This document shows positions 37,736 through 47,429 of a stretch of DNA of 64,000 nucleotides, in pieces; position 1 is the stretch's first letter, and every line of letters begins with the position of its first letter. The notes under the pieces are model-generated. The model worked only from the letters and a program-made list of their open reading frames with translations. It ran no database searches and had not been told where the DNA came from. This DNA is from an uncultured Actinomycetes bacterium (lineage in GTDB: Bacteria > Actinomycetota > UBA4738 > JBBDTT01), in contig CAVUMN010000003.1 of NCBI GenBank assembly GCA_963742735.1, forward strand, positions 256,001-320,000, written 5' to 3'. Both the position numbers and the translations under genes were made by a program.

Positions 37736-38288
37736 CGACCTTCGCCATCTCTTTCGCTCGACCGACCGTCTCGACATGCCCGACCTCTGGGACCGTATCC
37801 GCGAATCGGAGCCGAGCCGTCGGCGGGAGTGGCGCCGGCCGGTCACCCTTGTCACCGCCCTCCTGGTTGCGGCGGCGGGGACCACGGCGGCCGCCATCGT
37901 CTTCTCACGGGAGACGCGGCCGGCCGGCGACCCGCATGCGAACGGCCCGCTCGTCTTCGTGGCCCCGGGAGGCAGCAGCGCTCCGGGCGTCAGCAACCTC
38001 GACGTGTTCGCGATCGCGCCCGACGGCTCCGACATCCGCCGCGTGACCGACACGCCCGCGGCGGAACACGTGCTCGGATGGTCCCCGGACGGATCGCTCG
38101 CGCTGGTCGTCCGGGAGTCGGTCGAGTCGAGGGAGGGCGAGTTCGTCGGCGAGCGGGACATCGTCATCATGTCCGCGGACGGCGAGGTCGTGCGCCCCAT
38201 CCCGGACGACGGTCGAGGGGGTCCTAGGCCTCGCCATCGGCGCCCTCGTGCGTCGCCGCGGGTGGCGAGCAGGGGGGCCACGCCGTAG
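37728..38288 (+). CDS. Membrane-anchored anti-sigma-like protein with a truncated TolB/PD40 extracellular domain
   Basis: Overlaps the sigma stop; PDLWDRI, one TM, ~2 PD40 blades (PDGSD.RR.T, WSPDG), then ends abruptly at ~38220. Confidence 0.55.
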   Translation: MPDDLRHLFRSTDRLDMPDLWDRIRESEPSRRREWRRPVTLVTALLVAAAGTTAAAIVFSRETRPAGDPHANGPLVFVAPGGSSAPGVSNLDVFAIAPDGSDIRRVTDTPAAEHVLGWSPDGSLALVVRESVESREGEFVGERDIVIMSADGEVVRPIPDDGRGGPRPRHRRPRASPRVASRGATP

Positions 38289-38395
38289 GCGGGGAAGATC
38301 AGGAACAGGGGCCAGGCCTGGTCCGTCACGTCGGCGGCGACCAGGGACCCCGCCCCGGTCACGAACATGAACGCCAGCATGAACCCGATCCGCAT
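38224..38395 (-). CDS. Small two-TM hypothetical protein (probable 1-nt frameshift)
   Basis: TAGGCT -10 hexamer 7 nt before the ATG; MRIGFMLAFMFVTGAGSLVAA...WPLFLIFPAYG; TAG at 38224 is reached with one indel. Confidence 0.4.
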
Positions 38396-38428
38396 CGGCC
38401 CAAGCCTAGCCACAAAGTTCCGGATTGG

Positions 38429-38455
38429 TGTCGAATCCGGGGGATCCCGTTCGTC
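38429..38455 (+). promoter_or_regulatory. ECF42-type promoter
   Basis: TGTCGA-N17-CGTC upstream of the DGPF-DGPF-ECF42 operon. Confidence 0.6.
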
Positions 38456-38500
38456 GTCTGGGTGCGAGGGCGGGAACCGCCCACCTGAAAGGGGGTCCGG

Positions 38501-38863
38501 ATGAAGTACCTGCTCCAGATCTGGGGCGACGAGCGGGAGTTCTTCGAGTCGGGGCCGGAGGGGATCATGCAGATGGTCGAGGAGTACCGCGCCCTCACCG
38601 AGGAGATGCAGGCCGCCGGAGTGTTCCTCCTCGGCGAGGGACTCCAGCCGACGGCGACCGCGACGAGCGTTCAGGTTCGCAACGGGGAGACCACCGTGAC
38701 CGACGGCCCGTTCGCGGAGACCAAGGAGCAGCTCGGCGGGATACTTCTGATCGAGTGCGCCGACCTGGACCAGGCCCTCGAGTGGGCGGCCAGGGTGCCG
38801 GGCGCGCGCGGCGGGACCATCGAGGTCCGGCCGGTGTCCGAGTACGACCAGCAGCAGTCCTGA
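38501..38863 (+). CDS. YciI/DGPF domain protein
   Basis: MKYLL, GEGLQP, TDGPFAETKEQLGG, IEVRP. Confidence 0.92.
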   Translation: MKYLLQIWGDEREFFESGPEGIMQMVEEYRALTEEMQAAGVFLLGEGLQPTATATSVQVRNGETTVTDGPFAETKEQLGGILLIECADLDQALEWAARVPGARGGTIEVRPVSEYDQQQS

Positions 38864-38880
38864 GACGAGAGGAGCACGAG

Positions 38881-39249
38881 ATGGCGAAGTTCATGCTGAC
38901 GATCTTCGACGACGAGTCCGGGTGGGAGACCCTCGCCCCCGAGCAGGCGGAGAAGGCCATCCAGGCCTACCGCGACTACTCCCAGGAGGCCGTGGACAAG
39001 GGTGTCTTCGTGTCCGGCGAGGGGCTCCAGCCGAGTGCGACGGCGAAGACGGTCTCCGCGGAGGGGACGACCGACGGCCCGTTCGCCGAGACGAAGGAGC
39101 AGCTCGGCGGGTTCTACGTGGTGGAGGTGAAGGACGAGGCCGAGGCCATCGACTGGGCGCTGAAGATCCCGAGCGTCGCCCACATGGGCGGCAGGGTCGA
39201 GGTCCGTCCCGTCCAGGAGTTCCCCGCAGGGGTGACCGGCGCCGCGTGA
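38881..39249 (+). CDS. YciI/DGPF domain protein (second copy)
   Basis: GAGGAG SD; MAKFML, DGPFAETKEQLGGFY, VEVRP. Confidence 0.92.
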   Translation: MAKFMLTIFDDESGWETLAPEQAEKAIQAYRDYSQEAVDKGVFVSGEGLQPSATAKTVSAEGTTDGPFAETKEQLGGFYVVEVKDEAEAIDWALKIPSVAHMGGRVEVRPVQEFPAGVTGAA

Positions 39250-40500
39250 GCGATCGGGCGCTCGTCGAACGAGAGGAGGTCGGCCGCCTGTTCCGGCAGG
39301 AGTCGGGACGGGCGGTCGCCACCCTCATCCGCGTCCTCGGTGACTTCGACCTGGCCGAGGAGGCCGTTCAGGAGGCGTTCATGGTCGCCCTGGAGCGGTG
39401 GCCGCGCGAGGGGCTGCCGCGAAACCCCGGCGCGTGGATCACGACCGCCGCGCGGAACAAGGCGGTCGACCGTTTGCGGCGAGAGAAGCGCCTGGCCGAG
39501 AAGGTCGTCGAGCTGGGAGCGCTGGGGCCCGCGGACGACGCGGACCTGAGTGGAGCGGGAGGGGACATGCACGATCCCCGACGACCGGCTCCGGCTGATC
39601 TTCACGTGCTGCCACCCGGCGCTGGCGCCCGAGGCGCGCGTGGCGCTCACGCTCAAGACCCTCGGCGGCCTGTCCACCGGGGAGATCGCGCGGGCGTTCC
39701 TGCTCCCGGAGGCGACGCTGGCCCAGCGCCTGGTGCGGGCCAAGCGCAAGATCCGCGACGCCGCGATCCCGTATCGCGTGCCCGAGGACCACGTCCTGCC
39801 CGAGCGGCTGCACTCGGTGCTGGCGGTCCTGTACCTGATCTTCAACGAGGGCTACTCGGCGAGTGCCGGGGACGCGCTGATCCGCCGGGAGCTCTCGGGC
39901 GAGGCCATCCGGCTGGGGCGGGTCCTGCGTCTCGCTCATGCCGGACGAGCCGGAGGCCATCGGGCTCCTGGCCCTGATGCTCCTGCAGGACTCGCGCCGG
40001 GAGGCGCGGGTCGGCCCGGACGGTGAGCTCGTCCTGCTGGAGGACCAGGACCGCGCGCGGTGGGACCGGGAGGAGATCGCGGCGGGTCTGGGGCTCGCGG
40101 AACGCGCCTGGCGGCTCGCCCCGGCGGGCCCGTACGTCCTGCAGGCGGTGATCGCGTCGGAGCACGCCCGGGCCGCCCGCCCCGGGGACACCGACTGGCG
40201 GCGGATCGCCCGCCTGTACACCGGCCTGTCGGCGGTCCGGCCCTCGCCCGTGGTCGAGCTCAACCGTGCCGTCGCGGTGGCCATGGCCGACGGGCCCGAG
40301 CCGCCGGGCTGGCGCTGATCGACGGGTTGGCCGGCCTGGACGGCTACCACCTGTTCCACTCCGCGCGGGCCGACCTGCTCCGGCGCCTCGGCCGATCCGC
40401 GAGGCGGAGGCCGCGTACCAGCGAGCGCTTGAGCTGGCCTCGAACGAAGTCGAGCGGGCATTCCTCGAACGCCGCCTGAGCGAGGTCGGGGCGCCGCCGA
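39246..40500 (+). CDS. ECF42-type sigma factor with C-terminal TPR extension (about 4 frameshifts, likely sequencing errors; end approximate)
   Basis: [70 protein letters not shown] spread over different frames. Confidence 0.85.
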
Positions 40501-40570
40501 GATGCGTGGCAGACCTCCTGGGTAGCCTGGTGTCCTGCCGGAACAGTCCAAGGGTCCTGAGGAGGCTCGC

Positions 40571-41560
40571 ATGCAGGCTGCCCTGCTCATCGTGCTTGGA
40601 GTCGTCGCGGCGCTCGCGCTCGCGGCGGTGATGGTGCTCGCCCGACGACGGCGCCGCAGCCCGCAGCGCAGCGCGGTCACGTGCTGGACCCAGTGCTGCA
40701 GGCCGAGCTCCGGGCCCAGGCCGCCCGCTGGACCGCCTGTCGGACGGCCTGAATCAGGCCGGGCTGGGCCAGGAGGCGATGCGGGCCGGCCTGGACCAGA
40801 CCCGGGGGATGCTCGGCGAGCATGCGCGCCCGCGAGCACGAGCGCCGCGTCCACGAGGAGGAGGCCCGGGCGTCAGCCTGCAGCGTCTCGAGGCGACCTT
40901 CCTCGGCGCGGCCAGCCGCGGCCGGGTGGGCGAGAACGTCGTGTGGGAGGCCCTGCAGATGCTGCCGCCCGACATGGTCGACACGAAGTTCCAGGTGAAC
41001 GGCAAGGTGGTCGAGTTCTGCCTGAGCCTGCCGGACGGCCGCCGGCTGCCCGTCGACTCCAAGTGGGCGGCGTGGCCGAGATCGAGGCCCTGGACGCGGC
41101 GCAGCGGCGAGGATCGCGTGCGGCTGGCCAGGGCGGCGAGAAGCTCGTCGCCGACCGGGCGAAGGAGGTCGCGAAGTACCTCGACCCGCGCGCGACCACC
41201 CCTTCGCCGTGGCCGCGGTCCCGACGCCGTCCACGCCGCCTGAAGCGCGCGCACTCGAGGCCCATGCCCGCGGGGTGCTGCTCGTCCCGTACTCGAGCGT
41301 GCTGCCCGCCCTGCTGGCCCTGTACTCGCTGTGCTGCCGGCTGGGCGCCGAGGGCGCGCCGACGTCGGCGGCCTGGTGTCCGAGGTGGGCCCGCCCTGGA
41401 CGGCATCGAGCGCGTCCTGGAGAACTCGGTCGGGAGGCCGGCGAAGATGCCCAGAACGCGGCAGCGGAGATCCGCATGCAGCTGGGCCGCGCACGCGGCG
41501 CACTGGGCCGGGCGCGGATGGCCGAGGAGGAGGTCGCCGCCCCTGCGGGCGGTGGACTGA
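40571..41560 (+). CDS. rmuC: RmuC family DNA recombination protein (multiple frameshifts)
   Basis: GAGGAGG SD; N-terminal TM; RGRVGEN, VEFCL.LPDGRRLPVDSKW, EVAKYLDP. Confidence 0.7.
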   Translation: MQAALLIVLGVVAALALAAVMVLARRRRRSPQRSAVTCWTQCCRPSSGPRPPAGPPVGRPESGRAGPGGDAGRPGPDPGDARRACAPASTSAASTRRRPGRQPAASRGDLPRRGQPRPGGRERRVGGPADAAARHGRHEVPGERQGGRVLPEPAGRPPAARRLQVGGVAEIEALDAAQRRGSRAAGQGGEKLVADRAKEVAKYLDPRATTPSPWPRSRRRPRRLKRAHSRPMPAGCCSSRTRACCPPCWPCTRCAAGWAPRARRRRRPGVRGGPALDGIERVLENSVGRPAKMPRTRQRRSACSWAAHAAHWAGRGWPRRRSPPLRAVD

Positions 41561-41583
41561 GCCGGGAATACGCTTCCCCGGGC

Positions 41584-41958
41584 GTGGAGTTCGAGGACGC
41601 GCTGCGGGAGCTCGGCTTCGTCGCGGTCGAACGAGCGACCCATCGCCCGTGGCTCGCGGATCTACACGGCGCGGCCCAACCGGTACCTGACGTAGTTCGT
41701 CCACACCTACCCGGACGGCGATCGCGCTGTTCACGTTCGAGCTCGCGATCGCGGAGTACCTCGCCACCGTCGGGCCTCCAGGTCGGATCCAGCGAGGAGC
41801 TCAACCAGTTCCTGTATCCACGCAGCGACCAGCGGGGGTCCCAGGACGCCGCCTGGCTCGCCTCGGCGATCGACCACGCCGAGGCGCTGCTGTCTCCGTT
41901 CGCCTGCTGGATCCGAAGGCGCGAGCCGGACGAAACGATGCCCGAGCCCTCAGGCTGA
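41584..41958 (+). CDS. Hypothetical protein (frameshifted)
   Basis: Coding-like segments VEFEDALRELGF / ARPNRYLT / LFTFELAIAEYL..GLQVGSSEELNQFLYP across frames. Confidence 0.5.
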   Translation: MEFEDALRELGFVAVERATHRPWLADLHGAAQPVPDVVRPHLPGRRSRCSRSSSRSRSTSPPSGLQVGSSEELNQFLYPRSDQRGSQDAAWLASAIDHAEALLSPFACWIRRREPDETMPEPSG

Positions 41959-42010
41959 CTGACAGGACCGGGTTTGCCGACCTCGCCGCGCCGGGCGTAG
42001 AACGCTCGTC

Positions 42011-42766
42011 ATGGCGCAGACGATCGCGGTGGCCAACCAGAAGGGCGGCGTGGCCAAGACCACGACCGTGGCGGCGCTCGGCGCGGCCATGGCCGAGCGC
42101 GGCCGGAACCGTCCTGCTCGTGGACCTCGACCCCCAGGCCTGCCTGACGTACAGCCTGGGGTTCGATCCCGACGAGCTCGACCCGACCATCCACGACGTC
42201 CTGCTCGGCCGGAACAAGTCGACCGACGCGATCCTCGACGTCGAGGACGAGTCGCTCGCCGTTCTCCCCGCGAACATCGACCTGGCCGGCGCGGAGGCCT
42301 ACCTGCTCATGCGCACGGGCCGCGAGTACGCCCTGCGCCAGTCCCTGGAGGCGGCCGAGAGCTACGACGTCATCCTGATCGACTGCCCGCCCTCGCTGGG
42401 CGTTCTCACCATCAACGGCCTCACGGCGGCGGACCAGGTCGTGATCCCCATGCAGTGCGAGGCCCTGTCGCATCGCAGGCGTCGGGCAGCTGCTCGAGAC
42501 CATCGACGACGTGAAGCGCCTGACCAACCACGGACTCGAGGTGCGCGGCATGATCCCCACCATGTTCGACGCGCGGACCAGGCACGGACGCGAGGTGCTC
42601 GAGGACGTCGGATCGCGCTACTCGCTGCCCGATCCTCGAGCCACCCGTCCGCAAGTCGATCAAGTTCGCCGAGGCGCCGCGGGACGGCCACACCATCGTG
42701 CAGTTCTCCCCGACCCACCCCGGCGCGGACGCGTACCGGCCATCGCGGAGGCGCCTCGTGCCGTGA
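42011..42766 (+). CDS. ParA/Soj family ATPase (frameshifted)
   Basis: ANQKGGVAKTTT deviant Walker A, DLDPQ, IDCPPSLG, IPMQCE, TMFD.RT, KFAEAP. Confidence 0.88.
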
Positions 42767-43125
42767 CCGCGCCGGCGCCGGCGCCATCGGCGGGGGCATC
42801 CCCGACCGGCTGGGCGAGCCCGAGGCCCGCGACGCACGCCGGCGTCACCCCAGCACGATCGCCGCGGGCGACCTGGAGGGTCGCCGCGACCCCCTCGGCA
42901 AGATGGCCCTGTTCTCGGCGGAGGCGAACGGTCGCCCGTTCGGGACCCTGTTCATCGAATGCTCGGACTGTGGCCGGGAGACGCCGGTCTCCGCGCTCGA
43001 GGCGGCGAAGGTCCGCGCTCCCGCCGTCGCTGCACCTGCCCTTCGTCCGCCGGTACCACTCCCTGATGCGCTGTCCGTCGTGCGGACGGCGAACGTGGGT
43101 CCGGCTGCGCTGGACCCTGGGATAA
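42763..43125 (+). CDS. Small zinc-ribbon protein (frameshifted)
   Basis: GTGA coupling to ParA; DPLGKMALFS, IECSDCG...RCPSCGRRTW (two CxxC pairs). Confidence 0.6.
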   Translation: MTAPAPAPSAGASPTGWASPRPATHAGVTPARSPRATWRVAATPSARWPCSRRRRTVARSGPCSSNARTVAGRRRSPRSRRRRSALPPSLHLPFVRRYHSLMRCPSCGRRTWVRLRWTLG

Positions 43126-43162
43126 CCGGGAAACTCGGTCCCCGCTGTTACGCTGCAGCGCC

Positions 43163-43890
43163 GTGGCGAACGAGCGCAGGCCCGTCGCGCGTCCTGGCGG
43201 CCTTCGCGCACCCGGACGACGCCGAGTTCACCTTCGGCGGCACGGTCGCGGGCTGGACGGCCCGCGGGCGGAGGTCACCTACGTCTGCGTCACGGACGGG
43301 TCGGCGGGACAGAACGAGCCGGGCTGGACGCGCGAGGCGATCGCCGAGGTCCGCCAGAAGGAGCAGCGCGAGGCGGCGGCGATCCTCGGCGTGGCGGACG
43401 TGGTGTTCCTCGGCTACCCGACGGCTACCTGGAGGTGACGCTCGACCTGCGCCGGGACCTGACCCGCGAGGTCCGCCGGTTCCGCCCCGAGCTGCATCGT
43501 CGCCCCCGATCCCTCGACCTGTGGAGGTCGTTCCCGCTACATCAACCACCCCGACCACCGGGCCGTGGGCGAGGCGATGCTGGCCGTGATCAACCCCGAC
43601 GCCCCCAGCCGCCCGCAGTTCCCCGAGCTCCTCGACCAGGGCTTCGAGCCGTTCGAGGTGCCCGAGCTGTGGCTGCCCTCGTTCGGGAGGGGACCGAGAT
43701 GCCGACGAGGTCGTCGACATCGGCGCGACCCATCGACAAGAAGATCGCGGCGCTCCGCGCGCACGCCAGCCAGCTGAAGAACATGGGCGTCGACGACATC
43801 GGGCCCGAGGTGCGCGAGCGCGCCGCGAAGCTCGCCGAGGGCCGGGACTTCGAGTTCGGGGAGGCGTTCAAGCGTGTTCCAGCTGAGGGA
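43163..43890 (+). CDS. PIG-L family deacetylase (frameshifted; end approximate)
   Basis: AHPDDAEF, TDG, R..EQ..AA.ILGV, NHPDH, K..AL.AH.SQ, EAF. Confidence 0.85.
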
Positions 43891-43954
43891 GCCGTCGCCG
43901 AGGGCGCGTACGATGGAGCGCCGATGCGGGCAGCGCCAGGTTCCAGGAGGAGAG

Positions 43955-44469
43955 ATGGACGAGAACGACCGGATCGAGGAGCCGACGCCGCTCGAGCCCG
44001 AGGAGCGCGAGAGCGTCGAGTCCGACCTCGAGGACGTCGACTCCATGCGCGGCGTCTTCGAGGCTCAAGGCATCCGCGGCGTCGTCATCGCCTGTCCCGA
44101 CTGCGGCTCGGATCACTACTACGCCTGGGACCTGCTGAAGGAGAGCCTCCAGCACATGCTCGACACCGGCGAGCCGCGGATGCACGAGCCGGCGTTCGAG
44201 CCCCGCGAGGACGAGTACGTCCTGTGGGACTACGGCAAGGGCTACGTCGACGCGCTGGCGGACGCCGGCCTCGAGGAGGGCCCCGCGGTCGAGCTCCACG
44301 CCTGCGCCTGGTGCGACGCCCCGGTCGAGTCCCACTTCGGGTTCTGCCCGAAGTGCGGCCGTCCCCTCGCCGCGATCCGCCTCTACCAGGAGCTGCTGTC
44401 CCGGGGGATGGAGGACCGCGAGGCTCGGGCGCTGCTCGTTCAAGCGCGGGCTTCGAGCCCTTCGCCTGA
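43955..44469 (+). CDS. DUF5319 family protein with C-terminal zinc ribbon (frameshift near the 3' end)
   Basis: AGGAGG SD; DLED, GIRGVVIACPDCGSDHYYAWDLL, HEPAFEP, WDY.KGY; CAWC...FCPKCG. Confidence 0.82.
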
Positions 44470-44545
44470 GCTCCCAAACCGTTTCGCTCGGCCTGCCTCG
44501 GCGGGAACAACAGACCCAGCGTTCCAATCCAAAGAGGAGGATCAG

Positions 44546-44689
44546 ATGCCGTACGTCGAGCGAGAGCCCGTCATCGAGCCCGAGGGTGACAGCGCGACCG
44601 GGTTCGCCGCCATCAAGTACACGGCGATCGTGATCATCGTGATGGCCCTCATCGCCTTCATGGTGTGGGCGATCGGGCAGTTCACCTAA
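44546..44689 (+). CDS. Small single-pass membrane protein (47 aa)
   Basis: GAGGAGG SD; one TM; followed by a terminator-like hairpin. Confidence 0.65.
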   Translation: MPYVEREPVIEPEGDSATGFAAIKYTAIVIIVMALIAFMVWAIGQFT

Positions 44690-44707
44690 GCGGTCGTCGA
44701 GTTCCCT

Positions 44708-44740
44708 GAAGCCCCGTCCGGTGATGCCGGGCGGGGCTTC
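44708..44740. terminator. Intrinsic terminator-like hairpin between convergent genes
   Basis: GAAGCCCCGTCCGG-tgatg-CCGGGCGGGGCTTC. Confidence 0.7.
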
Positions 44741-44748
44741 GTCGTTCC

Positions 44749-47303
44749 TTAGGCCGGCGCCGGGGGCTCCAGCAGGCAGTCCTCGGGAACCTTGTCCGGG
44801 CGCAGGCCCTTGAACGACGGGGCCCGGAGCTTCCCGGCCTTCGTCTGCTGCAGGTACTCGACCTCGGCGACCAGCTCCGGCCGGACCCAGTGGGCGGCCT
44901 TGAGCTTGCGCAGCCCGGCATCGTCGATCGCCGGCGCGTCGGTCTCGATGGGCCGGAGCCGCTCGAGCAGGTCGTCGAGCATCCGGTCGGTGAACCCCGT
45001 GCCGACCTGGCCGACCCATCGAAGCTTCCCCTGGTGATACGCCCCTACCAGCAGTGCGCCGAACTTCGAGGCCCTCCCGCCGGTGCCCGGCGTCCACCCG
45101 AGGATCACGCAGTCCTGGCGGTTGAGGATCTTGACCTTCCGCCAGTTCGATGAGCGCTTCCCGGGCATGTAGGTCGAGGTCTTGAGCTTCGCCAGGATGC
45201 CCTCGATGCCGAGCTCCTTGCAGGCCTGGTAGAACGCGTCGCCGTCCTCGTCCACGTAGATGGTCAGCTGAATGGGCGGGACCTGGGTGACGATCTCCTC
45301 GAGCCGCTCCCGGCGCTCGGTGAGGGGGCGCGAGGTGAGGTCCTGGCCGTCGAACCACAGCAGGTCGAACGCGAACAGCGTCACCGGCAGCTTGCGGCGG
45401 ACCTTGTCGATCTCCTTGTCGTTGGTGAGGTTCATCCGCTGCTGCAACATCTCGAACGAGGGCTTACCGTCCGAATCGAACGCGACGATCTCGCCGTCGA
45501 TCACGGCGGAGGCCGCGTTGACCTTCTCCGCCAGGCGGCTCAGCTCCGGGTAGCTCCTCGTCTGGTCGCGCCCGATCGCGAGATCAGCCGGGTCGCGTCG
45601 GTGCTCACGTAGGCCAGGGTGCGAATGCCGTCGAGCTTCGGCTCGAATCGCCACTTCGGATCGCTGAACGCCTCCTTCGCCGCCTCGGCGAGCATCGGGA
45701 GCAACGCCGGCGGGGGATCGGGCTGTTCGGCGACGGAGGCCTTCGCCAGCAGGATCAACCAGTCGCGGTTGGTCTTCACCAGGTGCCACTCGCCCCGATG
45801 GCGTTCGCCATGCAGGCGGAAGCTCACCTTCTTGTCGGTCCACTCGAGGAGGTCGTACGTCCCCCGGTCGTAGATCCGTACCTCGCCGGCCCCGTAATGC
45901 CCCTCGGGGATCCACCCCTCGAACGCGTTGTATTCCATGGGATGGTCCTCGGTCTGGACCGCCATGTGGCGGACCCCCGAGGTCAGCGGGAGTCCCTTGG
46001 GCACCGCCCACGAGACCATCACGCCGTCGCGCTCCAGTCGCAGGTCGTAGTGCAGGCGGGTCGCGTTGTGCTTCTGGATGACGAACTCGTTGCCCTGCGG
46101 GCTTGCGTCTCCGCCGGCCGGCTCCGGCGTCTCGACGAAGTCCCGCATCGACAGGTACTCGCGCAGCTTCGGGTCCTTCGAGCGGGCGATCGTCTCATCG
46201 TCCTTCGTCCGCCCGGCGGTGGGGGCGACGGTCCGGCGCCGGCGCTTGGGCTTCGTCGGGGCGGCCGGCTCGGGACCCACGCGCACGGATCGGGTCGGCG
46301 GCGGAGCCTCCTCCACCGGCACCCCCATCGTCTCCAGCGCCGCGTCGATGTTCACCGGCGTCTCGAGGACGTCCCGGAAGAGGTCCCCGACCTTCGCCAG
46401 CCGGTCGTGGATCGTCACGATGGTGAAGTCCTGCGGCCGGATGTCGCCCTCGGCGACCTCCTCCCAGGTGACCGGCGTGGAGACCGACGCGCCCGGCTCC
46501 GGACGGACCGAATAGACGGCGGCGATGTTCGCGCCCGAGCGGTTCATGTTGTGGTCGATGAACACCTTGCCCGTGCGCTTCCTCACCTCCCACACCATGG
46601 TCACGCGCTCGGGGTCGGCCTTGTTGATGTAGCGCCCCACCGCGCCGACGAACGCTCGGGTCTGCTCGTGGGTGTACTTCGGCTCGATCGGCACGTAGAT
46701 CTGCATGCCGGTCGCCCCCGACAGCTTCGGGTAGCTGGGAAGCTGCAGGCGGTCGAGCGCCACCTTCACGTGCTGCGCGACGGCCAGGACGTACTCGAAC
46801 GGCGCGTCCATCGGGTCGAGGTCGAAGAACAGGTAGTCGGGGTGTTCGATCCGGCCGCACCGGGCGTGGAGCGGATGGAACTCGATGCAGCCCAGGTTCG
46901 CGACGTGCAGCAGCGCGGCCGCGTCCTCGACCATCAGGTAGTCGATCAGCTTCTTCTCGTTGTCCGAGTCGACCTCGCACCGCGGGATCCAGTCGGGCGT
47001 CTTCTGGGGGGCGCTCTTCTCGTAGAAGTAGGGGCCCTCGATGCCGTCCGGCATCCGCTTCATGGTCAGGGGCCGTTCCCGCAGGTACGGCAGGATCGTC
47101 TCCGCCAGGTTCCAGTAGTAGGCGACCAGGTCGCCCTTGGTGTAGCCCTCCTGGGGCCAGAACACCTTCCCCAGGTTGGACAGGCGGACCTCTCGCTCGC
47201 CGGCCTCGGCCCACCAGTGCTCCCCGTCGAAGGAGGCCTCCAGCGGGCGGGGGACGTCGACCGTGAACGCGACCTCGACCTTTTTCGTTCGCGCGCGCGC
47301 CAC
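44749..47303 (-). CDS. ligD: NHEJ DNA ligase D (polymerase - phosphoesterase - ligase order); one frameshift near 45572
   Basis: LSNLGKVFWP, KRMPDG, FDLDP, KVFIDHN; FVIQKHNATRLHYDLRLE, TEDHP; EPKLDG, DGEIV, FDLL, EGILAK, LRAPSF. Confidence 0.93.
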
Positions 47304-47429
47304 CCGGCGATCGTACCCATCGGGGCAGGTGCGAGCCCCGGGCCATTGGGGTAGGTATCTCCACACCAGCAAACGAAGCGGACGTAGAATTCGCTCCCCC
47401 GTCACGCGGGGTTCCCAGGAGGTGCCACC

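Noticed and set aside
41693-41695. In-frame TAG (NRYLT*FVHTY) as pyrrolysine or readthrough
   Set aside because: It lies in the error-rich stretch, TAG is a frequent real stop elsewhere in the window, and a TAC-to-TAG miscall explains it.
44481-44508. SigB/SigF-like promoter GTTT-N18-GGGAAC (and GGGTAG upstream of ku near 47349)
   Set aside because: The spacer or the -35 element is a weak match; cannot be supported without TSS data.
43874-44689. DUF5319 fused to a C-terminal TM segment (271-aa ORF)
   Set aside because: The fusion results from a frameshift near 44445; the natural end GFEPFA-stop is at 44469 and the TM peptide has its own SD and ATG at 44546.
39246-45580. Cluster of true pseudogenes or programmed frameshifting
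   Set aside because: Indels are dense, regionally confined, often in homopolymers, and affect unrelated genes with intact motifs; sequencing error is more parsimonious.
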